A DNA stretch of 64,000 nucleotides from an uncultured Bdellovibrio sp. (GCA_963932905.1 CAWVRN010000014.1:1-64000), one strand, 5' to 3'. Shown: positions 29,167 to 39,913, counted from the first letter of the stretch. Numbers and translations are program-made. Notes: generated from the letters alone by a model not told the origin.

Positions 29167-29288
29167 TGTTTATAGTTTAGATTAAATTTATAAACCATTA
29201 AATGGATTAATAAAATCTGGACCTTGGGTCTGTCTAGATTTCGATCAAAAAACATCGGACTATGCAAGAGATGGAATATACTTAGAAT

Positions 29289-29729
29289 ATGAGTCATAGT
29301 GGTTTTTGCGCCTTCTGTCGTTCTCCAAAAACTTACTTTAAGCGTAAACGTTTAGGCGTTCTGAACGTTTTCGGTGCTTTAGTGGGCGCGATGGCTTTTA
29401 ACTATCTTTTTCGCCATCAATTAGATCCTATCGTGTTTGTGATATTTATTGCAAATTTGTTCGTGATTGAAATGGCCATTCAGATCCGCTGGAGAATGTC
29501 GTTGATTTGTCATGAATGTGGTTTTGATCCGGTTGTATACAAACGTAACCCAGAACTAGCCTGCCAAATGGTCAAAGCCAAAATTGATCTTCGTAAAGCT
29601 GACCCCATTAAAGCTACTTTTTACCCATTAGCATTACCTAAAAGAAAGCAAGTCAAGCCGCCGGCTCATTTGGCGAATGCTAGTGTATCGGTTAGCACGC
29701 GCCCAAATAGCGAAATTTCCGCTTTATAA
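29289..29729 (+). CDS. hypothetical membrane protein with two CxxC motifs
   Basis: CAFC, two TM segments, CHECGFDP. Confidence 0.7.
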   Translation: MSHSGFCAFCRSPKTYFKRKRLGVLNVFGALVGAMAFNYLFRHQLDPIVFVIFIANLFVIEMAIQIRWRMSLICHECGFDPVVYKRNPELACQMVKAKIDLRKADPIKATFYPLALPKRKQVKPPAHLANASVSVSTRPNSEISAL

Positions 29730-29778
29730 AGATCGAATAACTGCTTGAATCCACGGAAAATTATAATAAGATTGCCCT

Positions 29779-30480
29779 ATGCCAAAGGGTCTAGTCATAA
29801 TTCCTACTTACAATGAAAAAGAGAACATTGATTCCATCGTTCGGGCGGTTTTGAATCAAAAATTAGATTTGCATATTCTGGTGGTGGATGACAATTCACC
29901 AGATGGTACCGGACAAATCGTTCAAAATTTAATGATAGACTTCCCTGGGCAGGTTCATTTGCTGACTCGACTGAAAAAAGAAGGACTTGGTCGCGCCTAC
30001 ATCGCGGGTTTCAAGTGGGGTCTTGAAAAAGGTTATAGTCATCTGATCGAAATGGATGCTGATTTTTCTCACCGCCCAATTGACTTGTCTAAGCATGTGA
30101 ATGAGTGGGGCACTTACGATTTTGTCATTGGTTCACGCTATGTTCCTCAGGGCGAAACTGTGAATTGGGGACTGCTGCGCAAATTCATATCTCGCGGTGG
30201 TAGTCTATATTCAAAAATTATTTTAGGTTTTCCCATCAATGATTGGACGGGCGGATTTAATTCTTGGCGCCGCGATGTTTTAGAGAAGATTAATTTAGAT
30301 TCTGTGACGTCAAATGGTTATAGTTTTCAAATCGAGCTTAAATATAAAGCCAGTCGAAAGGGCTTTAAGTGCAAAGAAGTCCCTATCGTTTTTGAAGATC
30401 GTCGTGTCGGCAAAAGCAAAATGTCGATGAAGATCGTGCTGGAAGCCTTCTATAAAGTGTGGCAGATTCGATGGTCGTAG
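29779..30480 (+). CDS. polyprenol monophosphomannose synthase (GT2)
   Basis: IIPTYNEKEN, VDDNSPDGT, EMDADFSH, GYSFQIE, EVPIVFEDR. Confidence 0.92.
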   Translation: MPKGLVIIPTYNEKENIDSIVRAVLNQKLDLHILVVDDNSPDGTGQIVQNLMIDFPGQVHLLTRLKKEGLGRAYIAGFKWGLEKGYSHLIEMDADFSHRPIDLSKHVNEWGTYDFVIGSRYVPQGETVNWGLLRKFISRGGSLYSKIILGFPINDWTGGFNSWRRDVLEKINLDSVTSNGYSFQIELKYKASRKGFKCKEVPIVFEDRRVGKSKMSMKIVLEAFYKVWQIRWS

Positions 30481-31385
30481 TTCTTGCATTTCTGATGACC
30501 TTCTTGGCGTGGCCGGGGACACAGGTGTATGCTCAAGCTCAGCAACAAAGTTTGATTGCAGAAATTGGCGGTGAATTCCCCTACGTGTACGCGCAGCCCG
30601 ATTTTGATTCCCCAGTTATTGCGACGTTAAAACCAGGGACCTTTTATTACGTCTCTAAACAAAAATTCGTTTATGACTTTCACAAAATACGCATAGGTAA
30701 AAATCAAGACGGTTATATCTCTTCGTCTGAAATCAAAATTGTGACGGCTCAGTATGTACAAAATCGAAAAAAGAAAGGCAAAACGGACCCGGCTGCAGAA
30801 ACAGATGCGGCCACACAAGTTGCCGCAGAAAAGAAGCCCGCTAAAAAAGAGGCGAAAAAAACGTCCAAACCTATTTATGTTTCTCGATATCAAGGACTGA
30901 TCGTAGAGCAGCAGAATTATATTGAAGACACGATGTCGAATACACGCAGCGATAATATCATGTTCTTTGGTTACCGACTTGTCGGTTTCAATACTTTGTT
31001 TTCCGGAGAAATGTCGACGGATCTGGCAGTCATGTATCACTCGGGTGCGCCGGCGTATTACGAAAAAATCACCGGACGATCGACATCGGGTCAGATTATT
31101 AATTTACAATTTACTTTTGATACGATCATTCCGTTGGCTCATAGTTTTATGGCCAGTTATGGATTTGGCCCGATGATCAAGTATTCACATTTCGAAGTCA
31201 GTCTGAAGAATCCAGCTGGGGTCGGTTACGATACTTATGTGCTGGATGATATGAATTTTGGAGTGTTATTCCGGCTGGGTGCGGCTACGCGTTTGGGCGT
31301 CATAGGTCTACGCGCGGATGTAAAATACTATATCGAATCTAAGCAATATGTCGGTATTAACGTATCGACACTGTACGAGTTTTAG
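30459..31385 (+). CDS. SH3-like domain outer membrane protein
   Basis: VYAQPDFDSPVIATL...GYISSSEI; C-terminal beta-rich region ending in YEF. Confidence 0.65.
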   Translation: MADSMVVVLAFLMTFLAWPGTQVYAQAQQQSLIAEIGGEFPYVYAQPDFDSPVIATLKPGTFYYVSKQKFVYDFHKIRIGKNQDGYISSSEIKIVTAQYVQNRKKKGKTDPAAETDAATQVAAEKKPAKKEAKKTSKPIYVSRYQGLIVEQQNYIEDTMSNTRSDNIMFFGYRLVGFNTLFSGEMSTDLAVMYHSGAPAYYEKITGRSTSGQIINLQFTFDTIIPLAHSFMASYGFGPMIKYSHFEVSLKNPAGVGYDTYVLDDMNFGVLFRLGAATRLGVIGLRADVKYYIESKQYVGINVSTLYEF

Positions 31386-31399
31386 GCTAAGAAACCTGT

Positions 31400-33232
31400 A
31401 TGTCCATAAGTTATTTAAATAAGCAGGTTATTGATCAAATTGCCGCCGGTGAAGTGGTAGAGCGGCCCTCGCACTTGGTGAAAGAGCTCGTTGAGAATGC
31501 CATTGATGCTGGTTCAACTAAAATTGAAGTTCGTTTTGATAATGGTGGCCGTGATATCGTCGTTCAAGATAACGGTAAAGGCATTGCGCCGACGGAGTTG
31601 GCTATGGCATTAGATCGCCACAGCACTTCGAAAATCAGTGAGTATGAAGATATTTGGAATTTATCAAGTTACGGTTTCCGCGGAGAAGCGTTAGCATCTA
31701 TTTCGGCCGTTTCTGACTTTGAAATTATCTCACGTCAGCCTGAGGCCCCGACGGCCCATAAAATTCAGTCCAAGTTCGGCGAAAAATCAGATGTATCAAC
31801 GACGCAATTGCCGGTAGGCACATTGGTTCGCGTGTCGCAATTATTTGAAAACACTCCGGTGCGTATTAAGTTCTTAAAAACCGCTAGTTATGAGCACAGT
31901 TTAATCAAGCAAGTGATCAAGGCGATGGCACTGATCAATTATAAGGTTGAGTTCAAAGTCTTCGATGGGCAAAAAATGGTTTTCCAAACACCAGGAGCCA
32001 CGACACTGAAAGAACGCGCGCAATGGTTGTTTGGCGATGAAAAAGTTTTCTCTGTCGCTAAACAGTCAGATGGCTTTGATGTCGAGGCGGTCTTCATGAG
32101 TCCGTATGATGTTGAAAAAAATAGTAAGAATATTTGGGTGTTTGTGCAAAACCGCTGGGTGCAAGATAAAATGATCCAAAGTGCTGTGATGGAAGCCTTC
32201 AAAAATCTTCTTATGCACGGTGAATACCCGCGGGTAGTGATCAATATCAATTGCCCTAAAGATTTCGTAGATATCAATATTCACCCAGCAAAATCGCAAG
32301 TGAAGTTCACGGACACTCAAAAAGTATTTAGATTGGTTTATCATACCTTAGAAAAAGCATTGTCATCTGGCCCTTGGAAAGAAATGGTGACAAACCCATC
32401 TCATGAATCAACGACGACAGAAATCGCGACATCAGATCTTTCGACGTCGTCAGTGCCATCCATGACTACGCCGGTGCATCATTCAACTCAAAGCAGCTTT
32501 CGCGATCCACAATTGTTTTCAGCGCAATTTCAGAAAAAAGTTTTCCCAACACCGCATTTATTCGCGGATCGACAAGTGCCTATTGCAACAGAAGTATCTA
32601 AATCAGCTGCTGTGGTAAATTCGTTGCAGACCGAAAAGGCCGATATCTACTGGCAACAGTACCAAGTGATCGGGCAAGTGGATCTGACTTACATAGTTTG
32701 TCAGAATGCTGAAAAAATGGTGCTAGTGGATCAGCACGCGGCTCATGAACGGGTGCTGTTTGAACGTATTTTAAATCAATATAAAAATGGTTCGATTGGA
32801 ATTCAAAAATTGCTGATTCCTATTTCTATGGATTTGGAAGTGGATCAAGTTGAGCTGCTTTTAAAGAATCAAGAGCAGTTGGATAAAATTGGAATCCAGT
32901 TTGAGCAAACGGGTCCTGCCTCAATTTGTATTCTGGGTATTCCTACCGAGATAAAAGAATACGGCGTGCTGAAATTAATCCATCAATTCATCAACGAAGC
33001 TGAGTCTGTTTCGACAAGCTACGTTTTTGAAAATCGCGTGAAAGATTTCGTGGCCACGCTTGCCTGTCATTCGGCAATTCGAGCGGGGCAGAGTTTAAGT
33101 CAGTCCGAAATGGAGAAATTGCTAGCCGATATGGACGAGCATCCACTATCAAGTTTCTGTCCGCATGGTCGCCCGGTGAATTTGGAATTCTCGTTTAAGT
33201 ACTTAGAGAAAGAATTTGGCCGCATCAACTAA
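31400..33232 (+). CDS. mutL: DNA mismatch repair protein MutL
   Basis: QIAAGEVVERP, GFRGEALASI, DQHAAHER, ACH, CPHGRP. Confidence 0.98.
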   Translation: MSISYLNKQVIDQIAAGEVVERPSHLVKELVENAIDAGSTKIEVRFDNGGRDIVVQDNGKGIAPTELAMALDRHSTSKISEYEDIWNLSSYGFRGEALASISAVSDFEIISRQPEAPTAHKIQSKFGEKSDVSTTQLPVGTLVRVSQLFENTPVRIKFLKTASYEHSLIKQVIKAMALINYKVEFKVFDGQKMVFQTPGATTLKERAQWLFGDEKVFSVAKQSDGFDVEAVFMSPYDVEKNSKNIWVFVQNRWVQDKMIQSAVMEAFKNLLMHGEYPRVVININCPKDFVDINIHPAKSQVKFTDTQKVFRLVYHTLEKALSSGPWKEMVTNPSHESTTTEIATSDLSTSSVPSMTTPVHHSTQSSFRDPQLFSAQFQKKVFPTPHLFADRQVPIATEVSKSAAVVNSLQTEKADIYWQQYQVIGQVDLTYIVCQNAEKMVLVDQHAAHERVLFERILNQYKNGSIGIQKLLIPISMDLEVDQVELLLKNQEQLDKIGIQFEQTGPASICILGIPTEIKEYGVLKLIHQFINEAESVSTSYVFENRVKDFVATLACHSAIRAGQSLSQSEMEKLLADMDEHPLSSFCPHGRPVNLEFSFKYLEKEFGRIN

Positions 33233-34130
33233 CTCCGACAAAAACGTAGTCTTTGTTGTTGGGCCTACCGCTGCCGGAAAATCTTTCTGGGCGCTGGAGC
33301 ATGCGAAAAAATATCCTGATTCTTGCATCGTTAATTGCGATAGTGTTCAGATTTATAAACACCTAGACATTGGCAGTAGTAAGCCATCACCGGAAGATTT
33401 AAGGGTTCGGCCACATTATCTGTACAGCGAAATCGATTACCCAGAGACGATTACGGCCGGTCAATATGAGCGTTTGTTTTTTAATTTGCTTGAATCCATA
33501 CCTGAAAAGAAAATTTTTGTGGTAGGTGGAACTGGGTTTTATTTCCAAGCTATTGAAAAAGGGATGTACCCGGTCAGCGTCATTAAGGACGAAGTCAAAA
33601 AAGAATTTGATCAACTGGTTGTTTTAGAAGGTTTTGAGTATCTGTATCGATGGATTGAAAAAACAGACCCGGAGTTTGCTAAAAAAATTTCGGTGAACGA
33701 TCATTATCGCATCGAGCGTTCCTATCAGTTGATGCGCTCAGAAGGGAAGCCAATGACTCAAATTCAGAAGGAATTTTCTGACGCTCAAAGGGCATTTCCT
33801 TATCCGTTAACAAAGATTGGAATTACCGCAGATAAAGACGTTCTTCGCGATATGGTTATTCTTCGTACAAAAAAAATGCTTCAGATGGGACTCGTAGGCG
33901 AGGTTAAAAGTCTGTTAGCTAAAGGTATGGTCAATTGGGATCCTTTATCTAGTGTCGGCTACAGAGAAACAATTCACTGGTTGCAGAGCCCAAATGCGGA
34001 AAGTGTAGAGTCGCTCGAAAAAGATATTTCGATCAGTACCATGCAGCTCATAAAGAAGCAGAAAACATGGTTTCAGCGTGATAAGCAGATTCGCTGGCTG
34101 AAAAAAGACGAAACCGTTTCGTTGTTCTAA
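33216..34130 (+). CDS. miaA: tRNA dimethylallyltransferase
   Basis: GPTAAGKS, DSVQIYKHLDIGSSKP, VGGTGFY, KKQKTWF. Confidence 0.96.
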   Translation: MAASTNSDKNVVFVVGPTAAGKSFWALEHAKKYPDSCIVNCDSVQIYKHLDIGSSKPSPEDLRVRPHYLYSEIDYPETITAGQYERLFFNLLESIPEKKIFVVGGTGFYFQAIEKGMYPVSVIKDEVKKEFDQLVVLEGFEYLYRWIEKTDPEFAKKISVNDHYRIERSYQLMRSEGKPMTQIQKEFSDAQRAFPYPLTKIGITADKDVLRDMVILRTKKMLQMGLVGEVKSLLAKGMVNWDPLSSVGYRETIHWLQSPNAESVESLEKDISISTMQLIKKQKTWFQRDKQIRWLKKDETVSLF

Positions 34131-34361
34131 CTAATTGATAAACGCCAAGAACGCCAACAGAAGCGTATCGGCGAAGGTGTAAAAAATGGTACTTTGACTC
34201 CAGAAGAAGCTAAAAAATTGGAAGCTCGTGAGCAACGTATTGACAATGCCGAAGAGAAAGCAAAGGCGGACGGCAAAGTAACTAAAAAAGAAGCGGTTAA
34301 AATCGAAAAAATGCAAGACCTCACTAGCAAAAAAATCCACCGTAAAAAACACAATCAGTAA
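34131..34361 (+). pseudogene. start-less ORF encoding a small helical secreted-protein-like body, in frame after the miaA stop
   Basis: LIDKRQERQQKRIGEGVKNGTLTPEEAKKLEAREQRIDNAEEKAKADGKVTKKEAVKIEKMQDLTSKKIHRKKHNQ*; no start codon or signal peptide. Confidence 0.7.
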
Positions 34362-34380
34362 TCTTTGGACTATGATCCCA

Positions 34381-34415
34381 ATAACGGCGCCTTTCTTTAA
34401 CGGAGGCGCCGTTAT
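34381..34415 (+). terminator. GC-rich hairpin, likely terminator
   Basis: ATAACGGCGCCT...AGGCGCCGTTAT perfect 12-bp stem. Confidence 0.7.
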
Positions 34416-34464
34416 CGTTTCTGCTTTCGAAATAGCGCGTTAAATAGGCAAGGCCAGGCCTCTG

Positions 34465-34493
34465 TTGACGAATAGATAGTTCTTCGCCATAAT
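34465..34493 (+). promoter_or_regulatory. sigma70 promoter, leaderless-type, for the yicC operon
   Basis: TTGACG-17 nt-CATAAT-6 nt-ATG. Confidence 0.6.
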
Positions 34494-34499
34494 CCCGAC

Positions 34500-35378
34500 A
34501 TGAAGAGCATGACTGGCTACGGTTCCGCTAAAAAGGAACTAAAAAATTTCCAAATAGAATTAAATATAAAATCTGTGAATGGTCGTTTCTTGGAACTACG
34601 TTTTCATATGCCGAAAGAGTATGTGGCGATTGAATCTGAGTTTCGTCGTATTCTGCCTGAGTTCTTTGCTCGAGGTACGATCGATATTTTCTGCAATCGC
34701 AAAATTAAAACCAGCAACGAAATCTCGGGCGTCGAAATCAATTTCGCGCTCGCCGATAAAATTCATAAAGAATTGCAGAGCTTAAATAAGCGACTTAAGT
34801 TAAAAAGTGAAGTTCACTTGAATCAAATTATTTCCTCGGCGCCAGTATTGAAAGTCAAAGAAGAGGTCGAGCTTTCAAAAAGTGAACGTTCCGAAGTGAT
34901 CTCGTTGCTAAAAGAATCTGCAAAACTGTGTCTGGCTGAACGTGTACGTGAAGGACAGTCTCTGAAGAAGGAATTTCTAAGTCTACTGTCGAAATTGAGC
35001 GAAGAAGTTGATAGTGTTAAAAACTTAAAAGAGATACATAATCTTGAGGTTTCTCAAAGGCTGAAAGATAAAATCAAAAGTAAAGGCCTGGTTGAGAACA
35101 TCGACGATACGAAGTTTCAGCAAGAGTTATTCTTTTGGACTGAAAAAACTGATATAGCCGAAGAGATTCAGCGCCTAGAAGAACATATCCGTAACTACAA
35201 AAACCTCCTTTTGTCTAAAAATTCAAACGGAAAGAAAATAGACTTTTACACTCAAGAGTTACTCAGAGAAATTAATACTATAGGATCAAAGTCTCAAAGC
35301 TCGAAAATCACACAACATGTGGTAGAGGCCAAGAGTTTGATCGAAAAACTTAAGGAACAAGCGCAGAATATTGAATGA
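34500..35378 (+). CDS. yicC: YicC/YloC family endoribonuclease
   Basis: MKSMTGYG, KSVNGRFLE, DIAEEIQRL, QELLREINTIGSK, KEQAQNIE. Confidence 0.93.
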   Translation: MKSMTGYGSAKKELKNFQIELNIKSVNGRFLELRFHMPKEYVAIESEFRRILPEFFARGTIDIFCNRKIKTSNEISGVEINFALADKIHKELQSLNKRLKLKSEVHLNQIISSAPVLKVKEEVELSKSERSEVISLLKESAKLCLAERVREGQSLKKEFLSLLSKLSEEVDSVKNLKEIHNLEVSQRLKDKIKSKGLVENIDDTKFQQELFFWTEKTDIAEEIQRLEEHIRNYKNLLLSKNSNGKKIDFYTQELLREINTIGSKSQSSKITQHVVEAKSLIEKLKEQAQNIE

Positions 35379-35932
35379 AGACTAATTTAATTATTCTAGC
35401 AGCGCCAAGTGGTGCCGGAAAAAGCAGTTTTATCGAAAAAATCTGCGCCGACAACAAAGTGCTGTTCGACACCATTACCTACACCACGCGCGCAATGAGA
35501 AAGGGCGAATCTCAAGGCTTTCCTTATTTTTTCATCACTGAAGATGAATTCAACTCAAAGAAAGAAGAAGGTTTTTTTGTCGAATGGGCTCGAGTTCACA
35601 ATCACTTGTACGGCACTTCTCGCGTACAGATTGAAGATGCTTGGAAACAGGGTCGCTGTGTGATTATGGATGTCGACATTCAAGGCGCTAAGACGTTTAA
35701 AGAGCTTTATCCGCAAAGCCAAAGTATCTTTATCCTGCCACCTTCGATTGAAGAGTTGAGAAAGCGTATTGTTAAGCGCGACGGACGTATCCCTCCCGAT
35801 ATTGAAGTCCGTATGGAAAATGCAAAAAAAGAAATGGCCGAGGCGCCAGGATACGATTACCGCATCGTAAATGATCATTTTGAAACTTCTTATGCGGAAT
35901 TTAAAAAAATCATTGAAAATATCCTCGCCTAA
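35375..35932 (+). CDS. gmk: guanylate kinase
   Basis: APSGAGKSS, YTTRAMRKGE, YGTS, FILPPSIEEL. Confidence 0.97.
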   Translation: MKTNLIILAAPSGAGKSSFIEKICADNKVLFDTITYTTRAMRKGESQGFPYFFITEDEFNSKKEEGFFVEWARVHNHLYGTSRVQIEDAWKQGRCVIMDVDIQGAKTFKELYPQSQSIFILPPSIEELRKRIVKRDGRIPPDIEVRMENAKKEMAEAPGYDYRIVNDHFETSYAEFKKIIENILA

Positions 35933-35962
35933 AGTTAGACATATAAGCTTCGGAGGAATTGA

Positions 35963-36202
35963 ATGGCTCGTGTAACAGTTGAAGATTGCTTGGAAAAGGT
36001 TCCAAATCGTTTCGCATTAGTTTTAATGGTTTCAAAGCGTGCAAAGCAGCTTTTGAAGGGTTCTGAGGCGACGGTTGCTTTAAAAAGCAATAAGTACATC
36101 GTAGCATCGCTTCGTGAAGTAGCGGCTGGTAACGTAGGTTACGAAAGCCATCTTGATAACGCAACGTGTATTAAAGATATCGAAGCGGATTTAAACAAAT
36201 AA
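35963..36202 (+). CDS. rpoZ: RNA polymerase omega subunit
   Basis: [20 protein letters not shown]. Confidence 0.97.
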   Translation: MARVTVEDCLEKVPNRFALVLMVSKRAKQLLKGSEATVALKSNKYIVASLREVAAGNVGYESHLDNATCIKDIEADLNK

Positions 36203-36293
36203 ACTCATAGTAACATAAGAGTTCTTTGTCGCTTCACCTGATTTCGGTTCACTCTTATTTTAGTTAACTGGCGTTCTTCCGAAAAAACGAGAT

Positions 36294-38510
36294 ATGGCTG
36301 AAATCGCTTTTGTCGCAGAGGATGCGACTCGAAATGTTCCAATCAAGACGATCGATGATCTTTGTAAAAAAATTACAAATTATCATCCGCATGCTGACGT
36401 CCAAACCGTAAAAAAAGCCTATTATTTTTCTGAAAAAGCTCACGAAGGACAATTTCGTCGCAGTGGTGAGCCGTATATATTTCATCCGTTATCAGTGGCT
36501 GGCATTCTGGCTGATCTCCGTTTGGATATCGATTCTATTATCACAGGAATTCTGCACGATACTGTAGAGGATACAGAAGTTACCTTGGAAGATGTTCGTC
36601 GTGAATTTGGAGAAACCGTCGCCGCTTTGGTGGATGGTGTAACCAAGATCGGTCAGATGAAGTTTAAAAACTCGGTTGAAAAACAGGGCGAGAATTTTCG
36701 GAAAATGATCGTGGCGATGGGGAAAGATATCCGCGTCGTGCTAGTTAAACTCGCTGATCGTTTGCATAACATGCGTACGCTGAACCATATGCCGTATGAA
36801 AAACAAGCGCGCATTGCTTTAGAAACATTAGAAATCTACTGCCCATTGGCCGGTCGTATGGGTATCAATGAATTAAAGATCGAACTCGAAGATCTTTGCT
36901 TTCGTTACTATCGACCGGATATGTATTACCAATTAAATCAAAAAGTTAAAAAGACGGAAGCTGAAACAGATCGCTACATTGATGATGTGAAGAGGCTTAT
37001 AGGTAAATCGCTAGAAAAAACGACGGTCAAGTATCACGTTTATGGTCGATCAAAGCATTTATGGTCCATCTACCGAAAAATGCAGGCACGTAATATCGAG
37101 TACGAGCAAGTGTTTGACGTTCTGGCATTTCGTGTGATTGTCGCCAGTATTCCTGAGTGTTACGAAGTTCTTGGTCACATCCATGCATTGTGGAAACCGG
37201 TACCTGGTCGTTTCAAAGACTTCATCGCGATGCCGAAAACAAATAATTACCGTTCACTGCATACGACAGTATTGGGCCCGGGTGGGGATCGAATTGAAAT
37301 TCAAATTCGTACTGAAGAAATGCATTTGATTGCCGAGCGCGGGATCGCCGCTCACTGGAAATATAAAGAGCGCGGTAAAATTGAAGACGAAGCCATTGGA
37401 CAATCAAATTGGATGCGCGATCTGGTCGCATGGCACCAGACAGTTCGTAATCCAGAAGAGTTCTTGGACACTGTAAAAACAGAAATGTTTGAAACGGAAA
37501 TATATGTGTTCACGCCAAATGGCGATGTTAAAGAATTACCAGACGGGGCGACGCCGATTGATTTTGCGTATGCGATTCACACTGATTTAGGAAATCAATG
37601 TGCGGGTGCACGTATCAACGGAAAAATGGTTCCGTTAAAACATAAATTGAAAAACGGTGATACCGTTGAAATCGTTACTTCGAAAACTCAAACACCATCT
37701 AAAGATTGGTTGAAATTCTGTATTACCAGCAAAGCACAAAGTAAAATTCGAGTGTTCGTTAAAGAAGAACAACGTAAACGTAGCTGGTTACTGGGTAAAG
37801 AACTTGTTGAAAAAGAATTTAGAAAATTCGGTTTAGCCGCCGTTCGTTACTTGAAAGGCGAAGAGTTTGAGAAGTTTCTAAAAGATGGCGGCGTTCATGG
37901 TATCGATGAAATGTATATCAAAGTTGGCTATGGAAAATTAGAGCCTCGTCATTTAGTTGATCGTTTAGCACCGAAATCAAATTTAGAAGAAAAAGCCCCT
38001 AAAGAATCATCTTTCATGGAGAAAGTTCTTAAGGGCGCTTCGCAAAAATTAAAACGTACGAAATCATTGATCTCTGTTGAAGGGATGGATGATATGCTGG
38101 TGCATTTTGCTAAATGTTGTTCGCCAATTCCTGGTGACCCGATCATTGGCTTCATTTCGCGTGGTCGTGGCGTGGCCATCCACCGTAGCGACTGCAAGAA
38201 AGCATTTGAACTAGATCAACTTCGTAAAGTCGACGTTTCTTGGAATGTGAAGCAAGCGGGCGAGGGTATGGAACGTGTAGTGCGTATGAAAATCACCTGC
38301 TTGGACGTTCCTGGTTTGTTAAAAACTATGACCGAGTCATTCTCTGCATTGGGAATCAATATTCAGTCTGTGAATATTCGTACGACCAAAGATAAAAAAG
38401 CGATTTGCTTGTTTGATATTTCTGTTCGGGATTCATCGCAGCTAAATCAAACTATTTTTGAAATGCAAAAAATCAAAGGCATTTTATCTGTAGAACGCGT
38501 CACCTCGTAA
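36294..38510 (+). CDS. spoT: bifunctional (p)ppGpp synthetase/hydrolase Rel/SpoT
   Basis: RRSGEPY, LHDTVEDT (intact HD), KLADRLHNMRTL, YRSLHTT, TGS and ACT domains. Confidence 0.96.
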   Translation: MAEIAFVAEDATRNVPIKTIDDLCKKITNYHPHADVQTVKKAYYFSEKAHEGQFRRSGEPYIFHPLSVAGILADLRLDIDSIITGILHDTVEDTEVTLEDVRREFGETVAALVDGVTKIGQMKFKNSVEKQGENFRKMIVAMGKDIRVVLVKLADRLHNMRTLNHMPYEKQARIALETLEIYCPLAGRMGINELKIELEDLCFRYYRPDMYYQLNQKVKKTEAETDRYIDDVKRLIGKSLEKTTVKYHVYGRSKHLWSIYRKMQARNIEYEQVFDVLAFRVIVASIPECYEVLGHIHALWKPVPGRFKDFIAMPKTNNYRSLHTTVLGPGGDRIEIQIRTEEMHLIAERGIAAHWKYKERGKIEDEAIGQSNWMRDLVAWHQTVRNPEEFLDTVKTEMFETEIYVFTPNGDVKELPDGATPIDFAYAIHTDLGNQCAGARINGKMVPLKHKLKNGDTVEIVTSKTQTPSKDWLKFCITSKAQSKIRVFVKEEQRKRSWLLGKELVEKEFRKFGLAAVRYLKGEEFEKFLKDGGVHGIDEMYIKVGYGKLEPRHLVDRLAPKSNLEEKAPKESSFMEKVLKGASQKLKRTKSLISVEGMDDMLVHFAKCCSPIPGDPIIGFISRGRGVAIHRSDCKKAFELDQLRKVDVSWNVKQAGEGMERVVRMKITCLDVPGLLKTMTESFSALGINIQSVNIRTTKDKKAICLFDISVRDSSQLNQTIFEMQKIKGILSVERVTS

Positions 38511-38512
38511 AA

Positions 38513-38542
38513 AGCTAGCCCTGACTTAAGATAAGGCTAGCT
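38513..38542 (+). terminator. hairpin after spoT
   Basis: AGCTAGCC...GGCTAGCT inverted repeat. Confidence 0.45.
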
Positions 38543-38586
38543 CCACAATGTGTTGAACCCGGTGCTTAAAATATTACAATTATAGG

Positions 38587-39891
38587 GTGATTAAAAAACT
38601 ACGACTCAATCTATTAGTCATTTTAATATCAATCGCTGGCCAAGCTGCAACTAATATACAGTATTACGAACGATCGAATTCCATGCTGTATGAATCTTCC
38701 GAGTCGGTGGGGTTAGAAGATTCTCTGTCTCCAGAATATAGAAAGTGGATGGCGACACTGGGCTTTTCTTACAAATCTTCACCACTGACATTGAAATCGG
38801 AAGACAACCGGAAAACATACACGTCGGTTATAGATTGGTTTCAAACTTTAAATTTCGGTGGTGCTTATCGATTGAACGATGCTTGGAGTATCGGGCTTAC
38901 AGGTTCATTGGTGCAATCAAAAATTTCTGGCGATACCAGCGTTAATTTAGCGGATACAAATTTACGTATTAACTATCGTCGTCCCATTAGCGCCACATCG
39001 GCGTGGGGCGTACATGCCTTGATGACGGCGCCAACGGGATCTGGAACCAAATTTACAAGCGATACGGGCGCCGGGATAGGTCTTGCGATTGCATTTGAAC
39101 ACAACATCGGGTTGTTGCAGTACGTAGCGAAAATCGGTTATTTGGAAAATTCAAAAGCAAAAGATGATGTTGATCCCAATTTAGATCAATCTCAACGAAT
39201 GATCGCTAGTATTTCTGGATTATTGCCTGTCACCGAGAAATGGGCAGTGACATCTGATTTTGAAAAAACTTGGACTTTGCCAATTAAGACTGTGTTTAAT
39301 CCGAATGAACTAAAAGTAGGCGCTAGATACGCAGCTAACTCTAGTCTGAATTTTTTTGCTGGAATGGGCCTTGATAGCATTAATAATAGCGAACCGTTAG
39401 ATACGCGCATGTATATAGGGTTGAAGTATTCGCCAGAAGAAACAAAAGTAGTATCAACTCCAGAGCCTCCTAAAGAAGAGGCTGTGAATAAAAACCCGGA
39501 GTGCTACGATATCGATAAGGTCGAAGAGACATACAGCGCAATGATTCGCTTTGATAACAACAAAGATGTTCTGAATGATCAATCGCGATCGGAATTTGAA
39601 AAGTTAATAGCGTACACTAAAGAGCATTTTTATAACATTAGTCATGTATCTATCCATGGTCATGCTTCAAAACCAGGAACAGATAGCTACAATTTCAAAT
39701 TATCTAAAAAACGTGCGAAAACGATATCTGAAGCGCTGTTACAGCTAGGGCTTGATCCAAAGTTGTTAGAAACAAAAGGTAAAGGCAAAAAAGAACTGAT
39801 TAAACTGGGTGACACGGAAGATGATCATTCAGTGAATCGGCGAGCTGAAATCAAAGTTTGGACACGAGAACTTAAGAAAGAGTGTAAATAA
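38587..39891 (+). CDS. OmpA family outer membrane protein
   Basis: N-terminal barrel; C-terminal IRFDNNK, IHGHAS..G..YNFKLSKKRA, NRRAEI. Confidence 0.88.
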   Translation: MIKKLRLNLLVILISIAGQAATNIQYYERSNSMLYESSESVGLEDSLSPEYRKWMATLGFSYKSSPLTLKSEDNRKTYTSVIDWFQTLNFGGAYRLNDAWSIGLTGSLVQSKISGDTSVNLADTNLRINYRRPISATSAWGVHALMTAPTGSGTKFTSDTGAGIGLAIAFEHNIGLLQYVAKIGYLENSKAKDDVDPNLDQSQRMIASISGLLPVTEKWAVTSDFEKTWTLPIKTVFNPNELKVGARYAANSSLNFFAGMGLDSINNSEPLDTRMYIGLKYSPEETKVVSTPEPPKEEAVNKNPECYDIDKVEETYSAMIRFDNNKDVLNDQSRSEFEKLIAYTKEHFYNISHVSIHGHASKPGTDSYNFKLSKKRAKTISEALLQLGLDPKLLETKGKGKKELIKLGDTEDDHSVNRRAEIKVWTRELKKECK

Positions 39892-39913
39892 GCGTATCGA
39901 GAGGAGTCACCGA

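Noticed and set aside
34127..34354. two minus-strand ORFs of 73-75 aa
   Set aside because: Antisense shadows of the start-less plus-strand frame at 34131-34361.
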